DNA of 64,000 nucleotides from Escherichia coli (GTDB lineage Bacteria; Pseudomonadota; Gammaproteobacteria; Enterobacterales; Enterobacteriaceae): NCBI RefSeq assembly GCF_030013205.1, contig NZ_CP122648.1; one strand, 5' to 3'. Shown piece by piece: positions 56,840 to 64,000 of this stretch (position 1 is its first letter; each line of letters starts with the position of its first letter). The notes under the pieces were generated by a model. It saw only the letters and a program-made list of their open reading frames with translations, ran no database searches and was not told where the DNA came from. The position numbers and the translations under genes were made by a program.

Positions 56840-58007
56840 TCCACAACCGCTGGGCGGCAAAATCATCAGTAAACCGGTCATGATTTTTGGACCGTTAATC
56901 GTCATCTGTATGCTCCTGATTGTGAAGCGTCTGGTGTTCGGTCTGGGCTCTGTCTCTGACCTGAACGGCGGCTTCCCGTGGGGCGTGTGGATCGCGTTTG
57001 ACCTGCTGATTGGCACCGGCTTTGCCTGTGGCGGCTGGGCGCTGGCGTGGGCGGTATACGTCTTTAACCGTGGGCAATACCATCCGCTGGTGCGTCCGGC
57101 GCTGTTGGCGAGTCTGTTTGGTTACTCACTGGGTGGCTTGTCGATCACTATCGACGTTGGTCGCTACTGGAACCTGCCGTACTTCTACATTCCGGGTCAC
57201 TTCAACGTGAACTCGGTACTGTTCGAGACGGCGGTCTGTATGACCATCTACATCGGCGTGATGGCACTGGAGTTTGCTCCGGCACTGTTTGAACGATTGG
57301 GCTGGAAGGTGTCGCTACAGCGTCTGAACAAGGTGATGTTCTTCATCATCGCGCTCGGTGCGCTACTGCCAACTATGCACCAGTCTTCAATGGGGTCGCT
57401 GATGATCTCGGCGGGCTACAAAGTGCATCCGTTGTGGCAGAGCTATGAAATGTTGCCGCTGTTCTCGCTGCTGACGGCGTTCATCATGGGCTTCTCGATA
57501 GTCATCTTTGAAGGTTCGTTGGTGCAGGCGGGTCTGCGTGGCAACGGTCCGGATGAAAAGAGTCTGTTCGTTAAGCTGACCAACACCATCAGTGTGTTGC
57601 TGGCGATTTTCATCGTGCTGCGCTTTGGCGAGCTTATCTATCGCGACAAGCTGTCGTTAGCGTTTGCCGGTGACTTCTATTCCGTGATGTTCTGGATTGA
57701 AGTCCTGCTGATGCTCTTCCCGCTGGTCGTTCTGCGTGTGGCGAAGCTGCGTAATGATTCCCGCATGCTGTTCCTGTCAGCACTGAGCGCGCTGTTAGGT
57801 TGTGCAACCTGGCGTCTGACCTATTCGCTGGTGGCATTCAACCCGGGCGGCGGTTACGCCTACTTCCCGACCTGGGAAGAACTGTTGATTTCTATTGGTT
57901 TTGTGGCTATTGAGATTTGCGCTTACATCGTACTCATTCGTCTACTGCCGATACTTCCTCCTTTAAAACAAAACGATCATAATCGTCATGAGGCGAGCAA
58001 AGCATGA
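56829..58007 (+). CDS. hybB: Hydrogenase 2 membrane anchor subunit (NrfD/PsrC-like)
   Basis: 392 aa polytopic membrane protein. Confidence 0.9.
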
Positions 58008-59707
58008 GCCAGAGAATTACTATTGATCCGGTAACCCGTATTGAGGGGCATTTACGCATCGATTGCGAAATCGAAAATGGCGTCGTTTCGAAAGCATGGG
58101 CTTCCGGTACCATGTGGCGCGGCATGGAAGAGATCGTGAAAAACCGCGATCCGCGCGATGCATGGATGATTGTGCAACGTATCTGTGGCGTATGTACTAC
58201 CACTCACGCGCTGTCTTCCGTTCGTGCGGCAGAAAGTGCGCTGAATATCGACGTTCCGGTTAACGCGCAATACATCCGTAACATCATTCTGGCTGCGCAC
58301 ACCACGCATGACCATATCGTTCATTTCTATCAGCTTTCGGCGCTGGACTGGGTGGACATCACTTCTGCACTGCAAGCTGACCCAACCAAAGCCTCCGAAA
58401 TGCTGAAAGGTGTTTCGACCTGGCACCTGAACAGCCCGGAAGAGTTCACCAAAGTTCAGAACAAGATCAAAGATCTGGTTGCCAGCGGTCAGTTGGGGAT
58501 TTTCGCCAATGGCTACTGGGGTCACCCGGCGATGAAACTGCCGCCAGAAGTGAACCTGATTGCGGTAGCGCACTACCTGCAGGCGCTGGAGTGCCAGCGT
58601 GACGCTAACCGCGTCGTGGCGCTGCTGGGCGGTAAAACGCCGCATATTCAGAACCTGGCGGTAGGTGGTGTCGCGAACCCGATCAACCTCGACGGTTTGG
58701 GCGTGCTGAACCTTGAGCGCCTGATGTACATCAAGTCTTTCATCGACAAGCTGAGCGACTTTGTTGAACAGGTTTATAAGGTTGATACCGCGGTTATCGC
58801 CGCGTTCTACCCGGAATGGCTGACGCGTGGTAAAGGTGCGGTGAACTACCTGAGCGTGCCGGAATTCCCGACCGACAGCAAAAACGGCAGCTTCCTGTTC
58901 CCGGGCGGCTACATTGAGAATGCGGATCTGTCCTCGTATCGCCCGATCACTTCCCACTCCGATGAATACCTGATTAAAGGCATTCAGGAGAGCGCGAAGC
59001 ACTCCTGGTATAAAGACGAAGCGCCGCAGGCACCGTGGGAAGGTACCACCATTCCGGCTTATGATGGTTGGTCTGACGACGGGAAATATTCCTGGGTGAA
59101 ATCACCGACTTTCTACGGCAAAACGGTAGAAGTGGGTCCGCTGGCTAATATGCTGGTGAAACTGGCGGCAGGACGCGAGTCTACCCAGAACAAACTGAAT
59201 GAAATCGTTGCGATTTATCAGAAACTGACTGGCAACACGCTGGAAGTGGCGCAGCTGCACTCCACGCTGGGCCGTATTATTGGTCGTACCGTTCACTGCT
59301 GCGAATTGCAGGATATCCTGCAAAATCAATACAGTGCACTGATCACCAATATCGGCAAAGGCGATCACACCACCTTTGTGAAGCCGAACATTCCGGCAAC
59401 GGGTGAGTTCAAAGGTGTTGGCTTCCTCGAAGCACCGCGCGGTATGCTCTCTCACTGGATGGTTATTAAAGACGGTATCATCAGCAACTACCAGGCAGTT
59501 GTTCCATCAACCTGGAACTCTGGCCCACGTAACTTCAATGATGACGTCGGTCCTTACGAGCAGTCGCTGGTGGGTACACCGGTTGCCGATCCGAATAAAC
59601 CGCTGGAAGTGGTGCGTACCATTCACTCCTTCGACCCGTGCATGGCCTGTGCGGTACACGTAGTGGATGCCGACGGCAACGAAGTGGTTTCAGTGAAGGT
59701 TCTGTAA
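58004..59707 (+). CDS. hybC: Hydrogenase 2 large subunit ([NiFe])
   Basis: 567 aa; N-terminal RICGVC and C-terminal DPCMACAVH Ni-binding motifs. Confidence 0.95.
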   Translation: MSQRITIDPVTRIEGHLRIDCEIENGVVSKAWASGTMWRGMEEIVKNRDPRDAWMIVQRICGVCTTTHALSSVRAAESALNIDVPVNAQYIRNIILAAHTTHDHIVHFYQLSALDWVDITSALQADPTKASEMLKGVSTWHLNSPEEFTKVQNKIKDLVASGQLGIFANGYWGHPAMKLPPEVNLIAVAHYLQALECQRDANRVVALLGGKTPHIQNLAVGGVANPINLDGLGVLNLERLMYIKSFIDKLSDFVEQVYKVDTAVIAAFYPEWLTRGKGAVNYLSVPEFPTDSKNGSFLFPGGYIENADLSSYRPITSHSDEYLIKGIQESAKHSWYKDEAPQAPWEGTTIPAYDGWSDDGKYSWVKSPTFYGKTVEVGPLANMLVKLAAGRESTQNKLNEIVAIYQKLTGNTLEVAQLHSTLGRIIGRTVHCCELQDILQNQYSALITNIGKGDHTTFVKPNIPATGEFKGVGFLEAPRGMLSHWMVIKDGIISNYQAVVPSTWNSGPRNFNDDVGPYEQSLVGTPVADPNKPLEVVRTIHSFDPCMACAVHVVDADGNEVVSVKVL

Positions 59708-60201
59708 TGCGTATTTTAGTCTTAGGGGTTGGCAATATTTTGCTGACCGATGAAGCCATCGGTGTGCGGATTGTCGAAGCGTTAGAGCAACGATACATTC
59801 TGCCGGATTATGTTGAGATCCTCGATGGCGGCACGGCGGGAATGGAGCTGCTTGGCGACATGGCAAATCGCGATCATCTGATTATTGCGGATGCCATTGT
59901 GTCGAAGAAGAACGCGCCGGGAACGATGATGATCCTGCGGGATGAAGAAGTTCCGGCGTTGTTTACCAACAAAATCTCTCCGCATCAGCTTGGCCTGGCC
60001 GACGTATTGTCGGCCCTGCGCTTTACCGGCGAGTTTCCGAAAAAGCTGACGCTGGTCGGCGTGATCCCGGAATCGCTGGAGCCGCACATCGGCTTAACGC
60101 CGACGGTCGAAGCGATGATTGAACCTGCGCTTGAGCAGGTTCTGGCTGCGCTGCGCGAATCAGGCGTGGAAGCCATCCCACGGGAGGCGACTCATGACTG
60201 A
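59707..60201 (+). CDS. hybD: Hydrogenase 2 maturation endopeptidase
   Basis: 164 aa from MRILVLGVGNILLTDEAIG; ATG overlaps hybC stop. Confidence 0.9.
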   Translation: MRILVLGVGNILLTDEAIGVRIVEALEQRYILPDYVEILDGGTAGMELLGDMANRDHLIIADAIVSKKNAPGTMMILRDEEVPALFTNKISPHQLGLADVLSALRFTGEFPKKLTLVGVIPESLEPHIGLTPTVEAMIEPALEQVLAALRESGVEAIPREATHD

Positions 60202-60682
60202 AGAGATAGCAGGTTTCCAGACCTCCCCGAAGGCGCAAGTACAGGCAGCTTTTGAAGAAATTGCCCGGCGTTCGATGCATGATCTCTCTTTTCTGCATCC
60301 TTCAATGCCGGTGTATGTTTCTGACTTTACGCTGTTCGAAGGTCAGTGGACGGGGTGTGTGATCACCCCGTGGATGCTGAGTGCAGTTATCTTCCCCGGC
60401 CCGGATCAACTCTGGCCGCTGCGCAAAGTGAGTGAAAAAATTGGTCTGCAACTGCCGTATGGCACCATGACCTTTACCGTTGGCGAACTGGACGGTGTTT
60501 CGCAATACCTCTCCTGCTCGCTGATGTCGCCGCTTTCGCACAGCATGTCGATTGAAGAGGGCCAACGCCTGACGGATGACTGCGCACGAATGATCCTTTC
60601 GCTGCCAGTCACGAATCCGGATGTACCACACGCAGGGCGTCGCGCCCTGCTGTTTGGCCGCAGGAGTGGCGAAAATGCATGA
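60194..60682 (+). CDS. hybE: Hydrogenase 2-specific chaperone
   Basis: 162 aa from MTEEIAGFQTSP... Confidence 0.85.
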   Translation: MTEEIAGFQTSPKAQVQAAFEEIARRSMHDLSFLHPSMPVYVSDFTLFEGQWTGCVITPWMLSAVIFPGPDQLWPLRKVSEKIGLQLPYGTMTFTVGELDGVSQYLSCSLMSPLSHSMSIEEGQRLTDDCARMILSLPVTNPDVPHAGRRALLFGRRSGENA

Positions 60683-61016
60683 GTTGTCGCTTTGCCAGAG
60701 CGCCGTTGAAATTATCCAACGGCAGGCGGAGCAGCACGATGTTAAGCGCGTCACCGCCGTGTGGCTGGAAATTGGCGCGCTCTCCTGCGTTGAGGAGAGC
60801 GCCGTCCGTTTTAGTTTTGAAATTGTCTGCCACGGAACGGTGGCGCAAGGGTGCGATTTACATATCGTCTATAAACCCGCCCAGGCCTGGTGCTGGGATT
60901 GCAGCCAGGTGGTGGAGATTCATCAGCACGATGCGCAGTGTCCGCTCTGTCATGGCGAGCGGTTGCGTGTCGATACCGGCGATTCGCTGATCGTCAAAAG
61001 TATTGAAGTTGAATAA
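60675..61016 (+). CDS. hybF: Hydrogenase nickel-insertion protein (HypA paralog)
   Basis: 113 aa from MHELSLCQSAVEI...; CxxC ... CxxC zinc motif. Confidence 0.9.
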   Translation: MHELSLCQSAVEIIQRQAEQHDVKRVTAVWLEIGALSCVEESAVRFSFEIVCHGTVAQGCDLHIVYKPAQAWCWDCSQVVEIHQHDAQCPLCHGERLRVDTGDSLIVKSIEVE

Positions 61017-61028
61017 CCGGAGTTAACA

Positions 61029-61277
61029 ATGTGTATTGGCGTTCCAGGCCAGGTGCTGGCTGTCGGTGAAGATATTCACCAGCTTGCGCAGGTTGAAGTA
61101 TGTGGTATCAAGCGCGACGTGAATATCGCCCTGATTTGTGAAGGTAACCCTGCCGATCTGCTGGGCCAGTGGGTGCTGGTACACGTCGGATTTGCCATGA
61201 GCATCATCGACGAAGATGAAGCCAAAGCCACATTAGACGCGCTGCGCCAAATGGATTACGACATTACCAGCGTGTGA
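61029..61277 (+). CDS. hybG: Hydrogenase maturation factor (HypC paralog)
   Basis: 82 aa starting MCIGVPGQV. Confidence 0.9.
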
Positions 61278-61285
61278 TGATTAAA

Positions 61286-61318
61286 GCCGGATGCGGCGTA
61301 AATGCTTTATCCGGCTAC
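61286..61318. repeat. REP (repetitive extragenic palindromic) element
   Basis: GCCGGATGCGGCGTAAATGCTTTATCCGGCTAC matches the canonical REP consensus. Confidence 0.8.
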
Positions 61319-61346
61319 ATAGCGATAAGCCTGCCAATGTTGCGAC

Positions 61347-62213
61347 TTACCCCTGACGCTTATCTTCCGTATTCGTCTCGAAATCACTGGCGTCATGGCG
61401 TTCATGCAACTGCTCGTTCAGCGGTCCGTTGGTGCGGTTAACAATACGCCCACGCTTCACCGCCGGACGTTCGCCCACTTCTTTCGCCCAGCGTTGTACG
61501 TGTTTATAACTACCTGCATCAAGAAACTCTGCGGCATCATACACGCCGCCTAACACCACGTTGCCAAACCACGGCCAAATCGCCATATCCGCAATGGTGT
61601 ACTCATCGCCCGCAACAAACTTATGCTGCGCCAGTTGCTTATCCAGCACGTCGAGCAGGCGCTTGGCTTCCATAGTAAAGCGGTTGATGGCGTACTCAAT
61701 TTTCACCGGCGCGTAATGGTAAAAGTGACCAAAACCACCGCCGAGGAACGGCGCGGCACCCTGTAACCAGAACAGCCAGTTCAGCGTTTCAGTCCGTTTT
61801 GCCAGATCCTGCGGCAGGAAGTAGCCAAATTTCTCCGCCAGATAAAGCAGAATCGATCCAGACTCAAACACGCGGATCGGCGGAGTATGGGTATGGTCGC
61901 GCAGCGCCGGGATCTTCGAGTTTGGGTTCACTTCGACAAAGCCGCTGGAGAATTGATCGCCATCGCCAATACGAATCAGCCAGGCGTCGTACTCTGCACC
62001 AGTAACGCCCAGCGCCAGCAGCTCCTCAAGCATAATCGTTACTTTCTGACCGTTCGGCGTTCCCAGTGAATAGAGTTGCAGCGGATGTTTGCCCACCGGC
62101 AGCGTTTTTTCATGCGTCGGACCAGAAACCGGGCGATTGATATTGGCGAACGCGCCGCCAGCGGATTTATCCCACGTCCAGACTTTCGCGGGCTGATAAG
62201 TATTGTCTGTCAT
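61347..62213 (-). CDS. yghU: Glutathione S-transferase-like protein YghU, 288 aa
   Basis: Start MTDNTYQPAKVWTWDK... chosen; GST fold. Confidence 0.85.
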   Translation of the reverse strand: MTDNTYQPAKVWTWDKSAGGAFANINRPVSGPTHEKTLPVGKHPLQLYSLGTPNGQKVTIMLEELLALGVTGAEYDAWLIRIGDGDQFSSGFVEVNPNSKIPALRDHTHTPPIRVFESGSILLYLAEKFGYFLPQDLAKRTETLNWLFWLQGAAPFLGGGFGHFYHYAPVKIEYAINRFTMEAKRLLDVLDKQLAQHKFVAGDEYTIADMAIWPWFGNVVLGGVYDAAEFLDAGSYKHVQRWAKEVGERPAVKRGRIVNRTNGPLNEQLHERHDASDFETNTEDKRQG

Positions 62214-62417
62214 AGTGAGTTGCCTTCTCAGTGGTAGTGTTGAAGCAGTGTAGCAGGTCACTTGCTGTACAGAATGTGAATTTTTTAACCCTTTGCGCCA
62301 GCCGCTGCGATGAGGTGTATGATTAGTCTGACCTCTGTCCGGTTAATGTCGCTGAGCAGGTAATCAGAGCACAACAATTACGCCAACTGCTTAGGTTGTA
62401 TTGTTAAAGGTAAAGTG

Positions 62418-64000
62418 ATGAGCAAAGGAACGACCAGCCAGGATGCCCCGTTCGGGACATTATTGGGCTACGCCCCAGGTGGGGTAGCAATCTACTCTTC
62501 AGATTACAGTTCTCTCGATCCGCAGGAATACGAAGATGACGCCGTATTCCGTAGCTATATCGACGACGAATATATGGGCCACAAATGGCAATGCGTTGAA
62601 TTTGCTCGCCGTTTTCTCTTTCTGAATTACGGTGTGGTCTTCACTGACGTGGGTATGGCGTGGGAGATTTTCTCGCTGCGCTTCCTGCGTGAAGTGGTTA
62701 ATGACAACATCCTGCCATTGCAGGCATTTCCTAATGGCTCGCCGCGTGCACCGGTCGCGGGCGCGCTTCTTATCTGGGATAAAGGCGGTGAATTTAAAGA
62801 CACTGGCCATGTCGCCATCATTACCCAATTGCATGGCAACAAAGTCCGTATTGCGGAACAGAACGTGATTCATTCCCCGTTACCGCAAGGGCAACAGTGG
62901 ACACGCGAGCTGGAGATGGTGGTCGAAAACGGCTGCTATACCCTTAAAGACACGTTTGATGACACCACCATTCTCGGCTGGATGATCCAGACGGAAGATA
63001 CTGAATACAGCTTACCGCAGCCGGAAATTGCAGGCGAGCTGCTGAAAATCAGCGGAGCGCGCCTGGAAAACAAAGGTCAGTTTGACGGTAAATGGCTGGA
63101 TGAAAAAGATCCGCTACAAAACGCCTATGTGCAGGCCAACGGTCAGGTGATCAATCAGGATCCGTATCATTACTACACCATTACCGAGAGTGCCGAGCAG
63201 GAGCTGATTAAAGCCACCAACGAGCTGCACCTGATGTATCTTCACGCCACCGACAAGGTGCTGAAAGATGACAACCTGCTGGCGCTGTTCGACATCCCAA
63301 AAATCCTCTGGCCACGTTTGCGTCTCTCCTGGCAGCGTCGCCGTCACCATATGATCACCGGTCGTATGGATTTCTGTATGGACGAACGTGGCCTGAAGGT
63401 CTACGAATACAACGCCGATTCCGCCTCCTGTCATACCGAAGCGGGCTTGATCCTCGAACGTTGGGCGGAGCAGGGCTATAAAGGCAACGGCTTCAATCCG
63501 GCGGAAGGGCTGATTAACGAACTGGCTGGTGCCTGGAAACACAGTCGTGCACGTCCGTTTGTCCATATCATGCAGGACAAAGATATCGAGGAAAACTATC
63601 ACGCGCAGTTTATGGAGCAGGCGCTGCACCAGGCGGGCTTTGAAACGCGTATCTTGCGCGGGCTGGATGAACTGGGCTGGGATGCTGCCGGGCAACTGAT
63701 TGATGGGGAAGGGCGACTGGTTAACTGCGTGTGGAAAACCTGGGCGTGGGAAACCGCGTTTGATCAGATTCGTGAAGTTAGCGACCGTGAGTTTGCTGCG
63801 GTGCCGATCCGTACCGGTCATCCGCAAAATGAAGTGCGTCTTATCGACGTATTGCTGCGCCCGGAAGTGCTGGTCTTTGAACCTCTGTGGACAGTGATCC
63901 CCGGCAACAAAGCGATTCTGCCGATCCTCTGGTCGCTGTTCCCGCACCATCGTTACCTGCTGGATACCGATTTCACTGTTAATGATGAACTGGTAAAAAC
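62418..64000 (+). CDS. gss: Bifunctional glutathionylspermidine synthetase/amidase, N-terminal 527 codons (3' end outside window)
   Basis: Translation MSKGTTSQDAPFGTLLGYAPGGVAIYSSDYSS... read in frame to the window end; not in the ORF track because no stop is reached. Confidence 0.9.
   Translation, partial: MSKGTTSQDAPFGTLLGYAPGGVAIYSSDYSSLDPQEYEDDAVFRSYIDDEYMGHKWQCVEFARRFLFLNYGVVFTDVGMAWEIFSLRFLREVVNDNILPLQAFPNGSPRAPVAGALLIWDKGGEFKDTGHVAIITQLHGNKVRIAEQNVIHSPLPQGQQWTRELEMVVENGCYTLKDTFDDTTILGWMIQTEDTEYSLPQPEIAGELLKISGARLENKGQFDGKWLDEKDPLQNAYVQANGQVINQDPYHYYTITESAEQELIKATNELHLMYLHATDKVLKDDNLLALFDIPKILWPRLRLSWQRRRHHMITGRMDFCMDERGLKVYEYNADSASCHTEAGLILERWAEQGYKGNGFNPAEGLINELAGAWKHSRARPFVHIMQDKDIEENYHAQFMEQALHQAGFETRILRGLDELGWDAAGQLIDGEGRLVNCVWKTWAWETAFDQIREVSDREFAAVPIRTGHPQNEVRLIDVLLRPEVLVFEPLWTVIPGNKAILPILWSLFPHHRYLLDTDFTVNDELVK

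Noticed and set aside
55811..59002. Long minus-strand ORFs antisense to hybA and hybC (55811-56725, 58052-59002)
   Set aside because: Antisense to a compact, well-recognised operon; no RBS.
63114..63950. 278-aa minus-strand ORF antisense to gss
   Set aside because: Antisense artefact within the gss coding region.

Overview
This window is an Escherichia coli-type chromosomal segment running from the 3' end of hldE to the 5' part of gss, with about 60 protein genes that I recognise by direct reading of the translations. Core content includes yqiJK, glgS, ubiK, ribB with its FMN riboswitch, the tolC-ygiBC cluster, nudF-yqiB-cpdA-yqiA-parE, qseBC, parC, plsC, ftsP, the yqhD-dkgA aldehyde reductase pair, metC, exbBD and the complete hybOABCDEFG hydrogenase-2 operon. 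Non-core or notable content: (1) two tandem Ibs/Sib type I toxin-antitoxin copies whose 19-aa toxin ORFs are below the ORF-track length cutoff; (2) a four-gene chaperone-usher fimbrial operon with an intact usher and a very AT-rich upstream region, sitting between ribB and zupT; (3) an IS200-like element directly after the parE terminator; (4) next to it, a roughly 7 kb accessory module of a TonB-dependent receptor divergent from an ABC importer operon (ATPase, two FecCD permeases, binding protein) whose last gene is a translationally coupled RpiR/SIS-family regulator. That module is the best candidate for an uncharacterised system here, although no element is clearly unprecedented. Other observations are an intact dienelactone-hydrolase gene (yghX-like), short spacers where I recall K-12 carrying mqsRA and ygiZ, and several perfect palindromes in promoter regions. 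All family assignments rest on my reading of the sequence and recalled protein families; no database search was run.
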